DNA of 37,906 bases from Octopus sinensis (lineage: Eukaryota). Below the pieces are notes generated by a model. It was not told where the DNA came from, did not search any database, and was given only the letters and a program-made list of their open reading frames with translations. The stretch's first letter is position 1. Each line of letters starts with the position of its first letter. Shown here piece after piece: positions 22,453 through 35,495 of the stretch. Both the position numbers and the translations under genes were made by a program. The DNA lies in the NCBI RefSeq assembly GCF_006345805.1, contig NW_021835946.1:1-37906 (forward strand), written 5' to 3'.

Positions 22453-22652
22453 TTTCAACATGTGACCGCATGTGCATCGTTGGTGATTTTCTTTCTCCGT
22501 CTTCCCTTCCTTGGATCTTTCCTTTTTCTATGTTTCGGATGAAGAGCTCCGCTCGAAACGTTAAATCCTCCTTTCCTTTACTGAGCGTCCAATAACATTA
22601 TACTTGTTCCACGTCCTCGCGTTTTCTCTTTGTTTTTCATGTTTGGATTAAC
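22453..22652 (+). mobile_element. Penelope-type terminal fragment with hammerhead-like motif, flanked by (TA)n
   Basis: gttt-CGGATGA-a-gagc-tcc-gctc-GAAA-cgtt-aaat at 22532-22566; (TA)n on both sides. Confidence 0.55.
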
Positions 22653-22681
22653 TATATATATATATATATATATGTGTGTGA

Positions 22682-22712
<31 letters not shown>

Positions 22713-22844
22713 TGTGTATGTATACACACACGCACACACACTCACATACATATATGTATGCCTGCATATATGTATGTATGTATGTATGCACGTATGTATG
22801 TTTGTATGTATGCATGTATGTATGCGTACATGTATGTATGTACA

Positions 22845-23428
22845 CGCAAAAGGAGAAATCAAAAATTATCCACAACTTTGCCAAAACTTTCTTCGGCGCT
22901 CTTTTCAGGTATACTTGTGGTATACATGTGGTTATATAAACGATGTTAGACCTAGATGGCTCCAGATTTATTTCTTGTTACAGAGTAATAAGAGTATTCG
23001 CTTGCAGTGTACATACAGCAAGGAAGAATAGAGAACAGTGGTACGATTTCTCTGGTTTGAATGTGTGTCAGCGGCTAAAATTCCTCGTAGGCTTTGAGTA
23101 CAATGCAGGGACAGTACTCTACAGTGTGTAGCAGTGGATCGAGGAGTGTGCGAGTGGATAGAAAAGTTTTAATATTGCTGAACAAGCGTATAGCACAAAG
23201 AGGGAGCAGGGCGTCCATCAACTTCCACCACTGACGTGAAGGTTCAACTAACTCGAGAGATGGATCTGGCGAACCATCGATGAGGTGGCATATTCTCTAC
23301 AAATTAGTCATCGTTATACGTACGAAATTATCTACGACTAGGTTCTCTTCTATAGTCTGTAAGAGATGGGTGCCAAGGGAGCTTACAGAAGCGTAAAAGC
23401 GAAATCGTGCGAAGATCTATCAGCGCTT
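22845..23428 (+). mobile_element. Mariner transposon 5' part, decayed transposase HTH region
   Basis: Reads SKEE*RTVVRFLW...EWIEKF...EGAGRPSTSTT...IDEVA...RWVPRELT with many stops. TIR-like aatcaaaaattatcc upstream. Interrupted by SINE B at 23429. Confidence 0.85.
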
Positions 23429-24025
23429 ATTCTTTTCTACTCTAGGCACAAGGCCCGAAATTTTGGGGGAAGAGGCCTGTACGGAACTAGATCGAGCCCT
23501 GTACGGAACTAGTACTTAATTTATCGACCCCGAAAGGATGAAAGGCAAAGTCGACCTCGGCGGAATTTGAACTCACAACGTAGCGGCAGATTAAATACCG
23601 CTAAACATTTCGCCCGGCTAGTTTACTGTCCACAAGGGGCTACACACAGAGGGGACAAACAAGGACAGACAAACGGATTAAGTTGATTATATCGACCTCA
23701 GTGCGTAACTGATACTTATTTAATCGAACCCGAAAGGATGAAAGACAAAGTTGACCTAGGCGGAATTTGAACTCAGAACGGAACGGCAGACGAAATATCT
23801 ATTTCTTTACTACCCACAAGGGGCTACACACAGAGGGGACAAACAAGGACAGACAAACGGATTAAGTTGATTATATCGACCCCAGTGCGTAACTGGTACT
23901 TAATTTATCGACCCCGAAAGGATGAAAGGCAAAGTCGACCTCGGCGGAATTTGAACTCAGAACGTAACGGCAGACGAAATACCGCTAAACATTATGCCCG
24001 GCGTGTTAATGTTCCTTATTTCTTT
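23429..24025 (-). mobile_element. SINE family B trimer
   Basis: Three B units on the minus strand, a cctagagtagaaaagaat-type end and an orphan aaagaaataagg tail stub at the 5' end. Confidence 0.9.
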
Positions 24026-24084
24026 ATATATGCATACGTATGTACATTTTTTTGTATTAGAAGTATTTAATACTTTTTTGTATA

Positions 24085-24317
24085 CAGTAATTGACTATCG
24101 CGGCTGCTACAGTCCCCGCACACCCACCCCGCGTAGGGGAAAATCCGCGAAGTAGAAACAGTACTGTACATATTTTAAAAATTATTTTTATAATTTGCAT
24201 GTATTTGTTTTATTATAAACGCAAAACAATACCACGGAGGAATCGACGGACGCTTGAATAATAAACCGCGATAAGTGAATCGTGATATGTAAACCGCGAT
24301 ATGGCAAGGGATTACTG
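24085..24317 (-). mobile_element. pogo/Tigger-type MITE (same family as 7213-7448)
   Basis: TA flanks, cagtaa...ttactg termini and colinear internal similarity to the 7213 copy. Confidence 0.78.
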
Positions 24318-24519
24318 TATCGACTTGCCTGACTTGCTCATCCTTACATTTACTTCTCTTCCAGCTCAAGTTCAAATCTCTTGAGCATTACTAAGTGTAT
24401 TCTATACAGAAAATATCTGCCACTAATCTATGTGTGTGTGTGTCTGAGTGTGTTTCTGTCTGTATGTATGTATGTATAAATACGATATATACATGTATAT
24501 AATTATGTATATATAAATG

Positions 24520-24552
<33 letters not shown>

Positions 24553-24625
24553 AATGGAACAGAAGAAAACCTATTTAGTCGCAGCCCTTTGCGCTGATTC
24601 CAAATCTGGCAGTGGTCAAATTTGC

Positions 24626-24627
<2 letters not shown>

Positions 24628-24656
<29 letters not shown>

Positions 24657-24988
24657 CTTCTTCTTCTTCTTCTTTTTCTCTGCCTCTCCTTCCTGTCCGT
24701 CTTTTTCTTCGTCCACAACTTTTTTCTTCTTCTCCTCCTCCCTCTTTTTCTTCTTCCTCTTTTTCTTCTGCTTCTTCACCCCCCACCTCTTCTCCCTCCT
24801 CCTTCTTTTTTTCATCATCCTCCTCCTCTACCGCCTTTTCATCTCCCTTTCTTTGTAAGCTTCCAAGGAACATATCAGTGATTCTATGAAGGAATGTTGC
24901 CAGCGCTTCGCTTTAAATCTTTTCTCATTTGCAGAGAAGAAAAAGCGAGTGAGTAAGAGTGAATGTGTGTGTGGGTGCATGTGTGTTC

Positions 24989-25032
<44 letters not shown>

Positions 25033-25037
25033 AAGAG

Positions 25038-25125
<88 letters not shown>
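24628..25125. repeat. (CTT)n/pyrimidine-rich tract and (GA)n tract
   Basis: Directly visible. Confidence 0.9.
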
Positions 25126-25139
25126 AGAATAAGCGAGCA

Positions 25140-25290
25140 AAGTACTTGACTGATATTTCATTTATTCGACCTGGAAGCATGAAAGTAAAGTTGACCTCGA
25201 CATGATTTGAACTCAGAACGCAGAGATCCGGAACAAACGCTACAAAGTATTATATCTATCGCTCTAATGAATCTTCCGATTCAGCACTTT
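25140..25290 (-). mobile_element. Old SINE family B fragment
   Basis: aaagttgacctcgacatgatttgaactcagaacg matches the reverse complement of the B-box/central domain. Confidence 0.7.
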
Positions 25291-25769
25291 GCTATATTAT
25301 ATTATTGACGATAACCTCCATTAAAATCACTTGTCTAACGTCTGTGTTAGTGATCATTACAATATATATAACAATTGTTTAGGAACATATAACCCCTTTG
25401 AAGTTTTCTTTTTTCTCTTTGATTTTTTTTTTGTTTCCCCTACCATCGTTACCACCACTACCACCACCATTACCATTACCAAAAGAGATCCATTAATATA
25501 TCAGCATGTTTTTGTTGTTGCCCACACCCGAACCTTTGCTGAGTGCACAAATGTACTGAGGGGTCACCTAACCGATTTAAATAAAACGACCTGGCTATAA
25601 GGCATCGCTCGCTGTTTCATTGAACCATAAATGTAAGTGGAATAAAACCACTCAAAGATATGACGATTCGCAACCAGTTGTTTTAATGCTCAATGTTTTA
25701 TTAAGGAGAAATGTTTGAATGTTTCTGTTACGTCAGCCATGTCTGGCCAGCTATATTCTTATATACGTG

Positions 25770-26002
25770 TGTATAAATATATATATATATAGTCCTAATC
25801 CTATTCTTACATATATGTACATATGTATTTATATATGAGTGTGTATGTGTGTGCATATATGCATATATATATCAAAATAAGCAAGGTAATGCAGTATATA
25901 TATATTCTTTTATTCTTTATTTGTTTTAGTCATTTGAAACAATATATATATATATACATATATATACATATATATACATATATATACATACATATATACA
26001 TA

Positions 26003-26070
<68 letters not shown>

Positions 26071-26145
26071 TATATACAATACATATATATTATATATATA
26101 TATATATATATATGGTGTGTGTGTGTGTGTGTGTGTACGTATGTA
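25770..26145. repeat. (TA)/(TACA)/(TG) microsatellite mosaic
   Basis: Directly visible. Confidence 0.9.
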
Positions 26146-26146
26146 T

Positions 26147-26774
<628 letters not shown>

Positions 26775-26811
26775 TCCACCATATGTGTGTATGAAACATA
26801 GATGTTACTAT

Positions 26812-27213
26812 ATGGGAAGAGGTTAATTTTCTAACCACATGGTTCCGGGTTCAGTCCCATTGCTAGGCACTTTGAGTGATTGTCTTTCATTATAGCTTTG
26901 ATCCGTCCAAACCTTTATGAGAGAGAGATTCGTATACGGAAACTGAAAGAAACCTGTCGCATATATGTACGTTTGTGTATGTGTATATATATGTGTGCAT
27001 TTGTGTCTGTGTGGGGGGTGTATTTTGTGTATGTGTTTGTCCTCCACCACCTATTGAAACCGGTTTCGTTTTGTTTACGCCCCCGTAACCTAGCAGTTCG
27101 GTAAAAGAGTATGGTAGAATCAGTACCGGGATTTAAAAAAAGGGTCAATTCAAACTTTCAAAACGGTGCCCCAGGATGGCCGCAATCCAGTGACCGAAAC
27201 AAATAAATGATAA
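26812..27213 (+). mobile_element. Older SINE family A-related copy
   Basis: aaccacatggttccgggttcagtccc head, ggaaactgaaagaaacc segment, TG tract and cggtgccccaggatggccgc tail. Confidence 0.8.
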
Positions 27214-27230
27214 AATATATGTTTATATAT

Positions 27231-27617
27231 ATTCTTTTCTACTCTATGCACAAGGCCTTAATTTTTTTGGTGAGGGATCCTGTCGATTAGATCGAGCCAG
27301 TGCGTAACTGGTACTTAATTTATCGACCCCGAAAGGATGAAAAGCAAAGTCGACCTCAGTGGAATTTTAACTCAGAACGTGAAGGCAGACGAAATACCTA
27401 TATCTTTACTACCCACAAGGGGCTAAACACAGAGAGGACAAACAAGGACAGACAAACGGATTAAATCGATTACATCGACCCCAGTGCGTAACTGGTACTT
27501 AACTTATCGAACCCGAAAGGATGAAAGGCAAAGTTGACCTCGACGGAATTTGAACTCAGAACGTAACAGCAGACGAAATACCGCTAAGCATTTCGCCCGG
27601 CGTGCTACAATTCTACC
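27231..27617 (-). mobile_element. SINE family B dimer
   Basis: Two B units joined at the gtaaagatatag|gtatttcg junction. Confidence 0.88.
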
Positions 27618-27807
27618 TTGACTATGTTTATATATATATTGAGAGAGAGATAAATGTATGTATATTTTCATATATCTGTATGTATATTTGTACACACACT
27701 CATATATGATTGAGTGTGTGAGTGTGTGTACAAATATACATATATACATACATACATACATACATACATACATACATACATACATACATACATACATAAA
27801 TGTACAT

Positions 27808-27953
27808 GACGCAGGAGTGGCTGTGTGGTAAGTAGCTTGCTTACCAACCACATGGTTCCGAGTTCATTCCCACTGCGTGGCACTTTGTGAGTGGATTTGG
27901 TAGACGGAAACTGAAAGAAGCCCGTCGTATATGTGTATATAAATATAAATATA

Positions 27954-27986
<33 letters not shown>

Positions 27987-28183
27987 CTGTTTGTCCCCCC
28001 ACCCAACATCCCTTGACAACGGATGCTGGTGCGTTTACATCCCCGTAACATAGCGGTTCGACAAAAGAACCGATAGAATAAGTACTAGGCTTACAAAGAA
28101 TAAGGTCCTGGGGTCGATTTGCTCGACTAAAGGCGGCGCTCCAGCATGGCCACAGTCAAATGACTGAAACAAGTAAAAGAGTA
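27808..28183 (+). mobile_element. SINE family A with ~43-bp internal deletion
   Basis: ggcactttg joins directly to tgagtggatttgg. Confidence 0.9.
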
Positions 28184-28244
28184 TATAAGTGTGCGTATCC
28201 GTGCGTATTTTAGAAATACATATATAGACACATTCATATAAATA

Positions 28245-28573
28245 GCTACACACACGCGCACGCACGCACACAGAAGCAAACACACTCGCACACAAGCACA
28301 CACACACACACACACACGCACACGCGCGCACGCAAACACCTGTGCTTGCGCTTGCGCGCATTTTGGATAATCACTACGCGAAACAAAGATGAAGAGAAAC
28401 TGCTAGCTGTAGTCTTACCGATGCGGCTTATGATTTCTTCTTCTTCTTCTTCTTCTTCTTCTTCTTCTTCTTCTTTTTCTTCTTCTTCTTCTTCTTCTCC
28501 TTCCCTTTCTTCTTCATCTTCTTCCCCTTCTTCTTCTTCTTCTTCTTCTTCTTCTTTTTCTTCTTTATTATTA

Positions 28574-28649
<76 letters not shown>

Positions 28650-28840
28650 TCATTTCATCATTTTTATATCTTTATATCTCTTGCTCCTTTTATTCTTTTA
28701 TCATCATTATTATCATCATCATCATCATCATCATCATTATTATTATTATTATAATTAATTATTATTATTATTATTATTATTATCATAATCATTTTCCCCC
28801 CCTCTCTCTCTCTCCTTCCCTCTCTTTTTCATTCTCTCTC

Positions 28841-28878
<38 letters not shown>
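28245..28878. repeat. Compound microsatellite: (CA/CGCA), (CTT), (ATT), (TAG), (ATC), (CT)
   Basis: Directly visible. Confidence 0.92.
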
Positions 28879-28881
<3 letters not shown>

Positions 28882-29639
28882 CTTCCTCCTACTCGTCTAT
28901 CTCTTGTTGCTCGCTTCCCTTAGTGACAGCCAAAACTAAGTCACGTTGCCCTCGCATTAAATACCGAATGTCACACTTCGTAACGAATGCAAGTAGTCTC
29001 GTAGCAGAATTTCCCAACCAAATTCTGCATGCCTCGTTTCAGGAGGAAACAGAAAGAGGAATAAGCTTTGAAGTTTGAAGGCTAAAAGCAACGCAAATGT
29101 TTCTAATTCTTTAACACCCTTCTCTCTTCTCTTTTTTTTTTTACCATTTTCTTCTTTTATTCCCTATTTTTCATCTTGTACTGTTAGTATTACACTAAAT
29201 TGACATTTATTCCTCCGTTTTCGCATTGTTTTCCAGCTTTGTTCTTCCCCCGTTTCGTTCGTTGATTCTTTCGTTCTTTCATTCTCTTTCTTTCGTTTAT
29301 TTTATTCTCTATTCTCTATTCTCTATTCCTGTATTCCTGTATTCTTTGTTCTTTCAATATTGGCGCACGAGTAATTGGTGTTTGTTTTTTTGTTTTTTTT
29401 TTTTTTGATTTTACCATTTTTGTCTTTTGGTTTCTTTTAAGTTACAAACTTGCAATAAACGCTTGTATATCACATGCGTGTGTTTGTATTTGTTTGATTG
29501 TGTGTGTGCGCGTGCGTGCGTGTATCTCTCTCGCGCGAGCGTTTCTATGTAACGAATGATCGTATCACACGGGTGTGAAACGCAATTGAGCGAAATAAAG
29601 TACTCGGTGCTGTTAGGTAGAGTGGAACAATATCAAATG

Positions 29640-29647
29640 ATACATAC

Positions 29648-29678
<31 letters not shown>

Positions 29679-29696
29679 CATACAGATATATGTATA

Positions 29697-29733
<37 letters not shown>

Positions 29734-29920
29734 ATATATTATAATATATATATTATATAATGTATATATATATATATATATATCTATATATATATATATA
29801 TATATAATATATATATATATATATACAACATATATTTGTATGTATATATATATATAATAATATAAACACACAGACACACACCGCACATTCAAACGCAAAG
29901 AGAAAGAGAGAGTGTTTTAC

Positions 29921-29962
<42 letters not shown>

Positions 29963-30080
29963 CATATATATGCATATATATGCATACACACACACATATA
30001 CGTTTAAATGTATGTGTGTGTATGTATGTTTGCGCACGCATACTTCTATGGCTGTATAGGTGTACGTTTTTGTATGTGTG
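29640..30080. repeat. (TA)n-dominated microsatellite mosaic
   Basis: Directly visible. Confidence 0.9.
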
Positions 30081-30559
30081 TATTACTGAGTCAGGGTTTG
30101 TGCCTCAGTACGTATGATGGTGGGGTGTATTTTTTCATGCACAACCTCTCGATGCGTTGTTTGCTCGTATCAATTTGATTAATCCTGTTCTGACTTCCTC
30201 CAAATATACTCACTTCGTTTGATTTTTCAGTTGACTGCAATGGAGATAATTAAACACAATATAATAAATGAAGAACATAGAAACGGATGCGCCATCGAAT
30301 AGAGAAAAATAACCTTGAGAAATTTACTACGGCCACGGTTGTTTGTTAGAATCGAAAATACTTTGAATGATAGTTACCGATGCCAATGAGGGAGCTTCTA
30401 CCAAGACAATTAATCTGCTAGAGATAGCTACAACATTTTAATCAAATCACATCCTACAGGAAGGGCACGTTAGATTATGTCGTTCAACATGCGGAAGGTG
30501 GTAGGATTATATGGCCGTGCCTGTAATATCTAGGCCTGCCTGATGAAAGGTAACATGAA

Positions 30560-30900
30560 ATTAAATGCCTTAGACGTACGAACCTGCCTTCCCTTTTGGT
30601 CTTATATATATTTATTGCCACATATGTCTGGAGTAAAGCCAACATTGTCTTTTTATCCTCTCGAAGCCTTAATGCATCTTGGACATCGCTATTCAACGTG
30701 CATCTATTTTTTAAGATGATGGAGTGCGATGTGATACGGTTATATGAGCGATTTGGCTGTTATTTCTATTTCTTGCTTGGGCTTAGAGACGACTAGCCAT
30801 TTAATAAATTTGCTTCGTAGCCCTATGCTTCTGAGTTTTATCTGGCTACATGAGATTTTCTCGAGTCGGCTCAAGTATTGTAAAAGATTAACAGGTATAC
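30560..30900 (-). mobile_element. Ancient CR1-like reverse transcriptase remnant
   Basis: Minus strand reads KLRSIGLRSKFIKWL (compare KLxxYGIRGKLLKWI) and downstream DALRLRED...INIYKTK (compare LQxDL...FNxxKC). Confidence 0.4.
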
Positions 30901-31179
30901 GGTACGTGCACTCGGTTAATGCACCTTATCCGCCACTCCGTTTCACTTCACATTTTAATCAGAGTCGTAGCTACGAGCCGAAATATTTGCATGAAGTGGG
31001 ACTTCTTTTCTCTTTCCTGAAGACCCTCTGCTGTTCAGCTCTCTCTAGAGTTTCCTACTAGGACAATCATATCATGTAGACAGCGTATTTGGTCTGAGAT
31101 TAGTTGCATTCAACAGCAACCATTGAATCGTATTTCATTTTTCGCTGTTCCCTTAATCAGTCTCTGTGTCCCTAAAAAG

Positions 31180-32000
31180 GTAATTAAAGCTGCTCTGTTA
31201 TCACTGAATAATACTAGAAAATAAAGATTATATTGTGGTTCCTTCGGTGGCTCTTGAAGCCCTTGGGTTTTTATGAATTGGAAAATGTTACTGAGCCTAA
31301 AACATCTCATGGTGTTCGGGCTTCTTTTGAGGAAGATATCGCTGCTATTTCTTGTGAGCCAAATGACGATGTAGTAGTTCCCTCCGTTGACTCATAAAAC
31401 TGTTGAATTTTTATGGAGTGTAAAAAACGTGTGCACTTCGAAACCTCACACGATGTTAGGATGTTCTTACGGGTGTTATAGCTGGTATTTCTAATAGATT
31501 GAGAGGTGACGTAAAGGTTCTCTCATTGGCTGGTAATGTCAATGGCATTTTATGGACTGTTAGAAATTTATTGACTTCGAAAAATCACACTATGCTAAGG
31601 TGATTTTTTTAAAGGGAGTTATAGCTGCTAAGCTCTAGCAGGCCGACATACAACGTTAAGGTTCCCTTAGACAGGCAAATCTGTTGAATTTTTATGAACT
31701 GTAAAAATCTGTTCATTTGGTAACATTACATGACGTTAAGGTGTTTTGGTTCTTTTGAGGGAGTTATTCCTGCTATTTTTAATAGAATGAGAGACCACGA
31801 AAAAAGTTCCCTTGCGCAAGTAAAACCATTGAGATTTTGAGCACTGGTAAAAGTTTATTCTCGTCAACACAGCACATGATATTCAAATGTGATTTAAATA
31901 AAATATAGCAGCTAGCTTTAAGCAGGTTGAGTGACAAACGGAAATTCCCTGGCTGGCTCGTAAAACCACCGAAGTTTTTATGGGCTGGTGAACGTTACTG
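31180..32000. repeat. Degenerate ~140-bp tandem repeat, about 6 units
   Basis: ttttatg landmark at 31271, 31411, 31550, 31692, ~31836 (degenerate) and 31978. Recurrent gttatagctg and ggttccc motifs. Confidence 0.75.
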
Positions 32001-32525
32001 TGTCCAAAACTACTCCATTTTCTAATTCTTAACTGGCTTCGACATTTTAAACATCCATGCGGGATTACGTTGTTGTTATTATTTAAACTAAATTTTAGTG
32101 CATAGATGTTCAAGCCAGAAAACATTATCTGATAATGTTGTTTGTATTGCTGATTCAAGCTCCTCCATATGCTACCATAGAAGTTATGCAATGCCTTAAT
32201 GCAATTAAATGATGGAGTGGAGTGGAGTAGAGTGGAGAGGAGTTGTTAATAATAACAAAAACACGAAATCAACGTTTGCTGAATCTGCAATAAATTCTCT
32301 GGGTGATGCATCTGATGCAACAGTTCTCCTTCGCTTATCTTGCATCACATAGGTTGCACTAATTCCTAATTAGCGTGCAGTCATGAGACAAACTACAGTA
32401 ATTAGTCAAAATTCATACACACGCAATTATATAATATGGTTGTAGAGTTATAGCGTATAACTTATAAAGAGGATGGCGGGAGTGTTCCTCAGAAACATTT
32501 TTTTAGTAGTATAATGGCCATGTGT

Positions 32526-32742
32526 AAGGCGGCGACCTGGCACAACCCTCAGCATGCCGGACAAAATGCTTAGCGGTATTTTGTCCGGCTTTATGTCCTG
32601 AGTTCAAATCCCACCGAGGTCGACTTTATTTTTCATCCTTCTGGGCTCGATGAAATAAGTACCAGTTGAATACTGGAGTCAATATAATCGATTCACACCC
32701 TCCCCCGAAACTGCTGGCCTGGTGCCAAAATTTGAAAGCAAT
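32526..32742 (+). mobile_element. Old SINE family B monomer
   Basis: Complete head, B-box, central domain and ggcctggtgccaaaatttgaaagcaat end. Confidence 0.85.
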
Positions 32743-32757
32743 ATATAGGTCATGGGT

Positions 32758-33359
32758 AAAGCGGCGAGCTGGCTGAAACGTTAGCACGCCAGGCGAAATG
32801 CGTAGCCGTATTTCGTCTGCCGTTACGTTCTGAGTTCAAATTCCGCCGAGGTCGACTTTACCTTTCATCCTTTCGGGGTCGATAAATTAAGTACCAGTTA
32901 CGCACTGGGGTCGATATAATCGACTTAATCCGTCTGTCTGTCCTAGTTTGTCTCCTCTGTGTTTAGCCCCTTATGGGTAGTAAAGAAATAGGTATTTCGT
33001 CTACAGCTACGTTCTGAACTCAAATTCCGCTGAGGTCGACTTTGCCTTTTATCCCTTCAGGGTCGATTAAATAAGTACCAGTTACGCACTGGGGTAGATA
33101 TAATCGACTTAATCCATTTGTCTGTCCTTGTTTATCCACTCTGTGTTTAACCCCTTCTGGGTAGTAAAGAAATAGGTATTTTGTCCGGCTTTACGTTCTG
33201 AGTTCAAATTCCGCCGAGGTTGACTTTGTCTTTTATCCTTTCGAAGTCGATTAAATAAATACCAGTTATGCACTGGTTCAATGTAATCGACTTAATCCCT
33301 TTGTCTGCCCTTGTTTGTCCGCTCTATGTTTAGCCCCCCTGCGGGCAATAAAGAAATAA
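32758..33359 (+). mobile_element. SINE family B trimer
   Basis: Units start at 32808, 32992 and 33176 (184-bp period); ends gggcaataaagaaataa. Confidence 0.92.
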
Positions 33360-34487
33360 AATATCAAACGCTGTTGACAATGATTTAATATTGCTTTACA
33401 GCTTTGCATCTAATTTCTGAGAATGTATTTCTTGAAAGCCGTAAGTTAATAAAGATATTGACGTTTAGCCGAAAGCGTAATATTGCAGAAATAGTCATCT
33501 AATTTTCGGATAGTTTATATTCCTACAGAAGCTTCCTAAGAGATATAGAGAGTGATGTTAGAGAAAGAAACAAAAGTTCTTGTGATATACAAGCTTAATT
33601 CTGGCGAGATGTATAGACAAAAATTAAGCTCTTTATAAAGTTATCACAACAGATTTTCTATTTAGAGCCAGCACTGAAAGTTACGCCCTTTCGTATACAA
33701 ATACGTATATGTAAATAATGCGATCAAAAATAGAAAAATCAGTAATGGGTGTATAAATGGCTGCTCCTTCTTCAGCAATACATTCAACCCCTTAGTGATC
33801 TACGAACACATTGCTTAAATGGCCACTAAAATTAGTGGTGTAACACAGTTTGGTGGCTTAGTAAACTGTGTTCGTGGATGATTAATGAATTGGATGTGGT
33901 TCTGATGAAGGAACAATAATTCCTGAAATATGTATATACACCAATTACCTATTTTTCTATCATCGATCTCATTTTTTACATAGACGAATTCGTAACTTTC
34001 AATGCAGGCTCTAATTTCTATAGAAAATCCATAGAGATAGATTTATAAAGTAATTGACTCGCACTGCTAACACATGTGAGGCACAGTATTGACTCAGGCA
34101 CCTTATTAACTCATAAGCTTTTAATATACTGGTTTGTATATTATGAATGCATGAAGAAAAGCAGTGTACCGACCAGCAATTAAGAAATATTATGGAAGAG
34201 TTTCGATTTCTTCCATAATGGTCTTCATGGAAATTCTTCAAAATCGCCAAGACTGATCCGATAATGAAAGAAAAGAATAGATTATCGCTATACATGGGCT
34301 ATAAAATTAAACACTAACACTTTAGAGACACCAGTTGTAATCGCATTTCGAATCACTAAAAGCTTGTAATCAAGTTTAATAAGCGAATGATGATATATGA
34401 TATATGAACGGTGTTACACCAACATAAAGGGTTAATGAGAGATTTTCTTCGTTTCCTGTCTTTGACCGTCACTCCTGTTGAAATCGT

Positions 34488-34651
34488 AGGTGCAGGAATG
34501 GCTGTGTGGTAAGGAGCTTGCTTACCAACAACATAGTCCCGGGTTCAGTCCCACTGCGTGGCACATTGGGCAAGTGTCTTCTACTATAGTCTCGGGCTGT
34601 CCCAAACCTTGTGAGTGGATTTGGTAGACGGAAACTGAAAGAAGCCCGTCG

Positions 34652-34686
<35 letters not shown>

Positions 34687-34906
34687 ATGTCTGTATGTCT
34701 GTGTTTGTCCCGCAACATCGCTTGACAACCGGTGCTAGTGTGTTTACGTCCCCGTAGCCTAGCGGTTCGGCAAAAGAAACCGATAGAATAAGTAATAGGC
34801 TTACAAAGAATAAGTCCTGGGGTCAATTTCTTCGACTAAAGGCGGTGCTCCAGCATGGCCGCAGCCAAATGACCGAAACAAGTAAATGAGTAAAAGGGTA
34901 AAAGAG
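34488..34906 (+). mobile_element. SINE family A, full length
   Basis: Colinear with 869-1270. Confidence 0.92.
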
Positions 34907-35297
34907 AACTGTCATGGCTAACAGCGAGCTTTGTTTTTATTTCACTTTTCTAATTTAAACCTGTAAGAGCCCATCTATCTCCAAATCTGAATGCAGCTAA
35001 TAATTTACAGAGAGAGAGAGAGGGGGGGGAGAGACAGAGAGAGAGACAGAGAGATAGAGAGATAGGGAGGGAGAGAGAGAAAGAGAGAGAGAGAGAAAGA
35101 GCGAGAGACAGAGAGAGTAAAAGATATTAGAGCGAGATAGACAGCTTAGTACTGAACTTTTTATTTCTGCTTATGAATCCCAAAAATGTTCATAAAATTG
35201 ATCTCCCAGAGATTGGAAATCAGATCGTACAGAGCTAGAAATTCTATCTGATGATTCTATCTGATGATTCTACCCAATTACCTCTTGAATAAATAAA

Positions 35298-35479
35298 TCT
35301 TTCTTCTTTAGGCACAAGGGCTGAAATTTTGAGGGGCGGGAAGGACGATTACCTCGGTCCCAGTGCTCGACTGGTACTTATTTCCGCGACCCTGAAAGAG
35401 GGCAATGACGACTTCGGCAGAATTTGAACTCAGAACGCAAAGTCGGAAAATTCTGCTAGCTTGCTGTGTTTCTCGCCTT
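35298..35479 (-). mobile_element. Old SINE family B monomer
   Basis: Reverse complement has aaggcgag head, gagttcaaattc B-box and ccttgtgcctaaaga end. Confidence 0.75.
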
Positions 35480-35495
35480 AACAAATAACACTAAT

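Noticed and set aside
28880-29080. Acceptor after the (CT)n tract with ~50 open codons
   Set aside because: The pyrimidine tract is a microsatellite; no donor and no recognisable motif.
35241-35272. Two ctgatga motifs as hammerhead cores
   Set aside because: They come from a 13-bp direct repeat; no stem II or GAAA follows.
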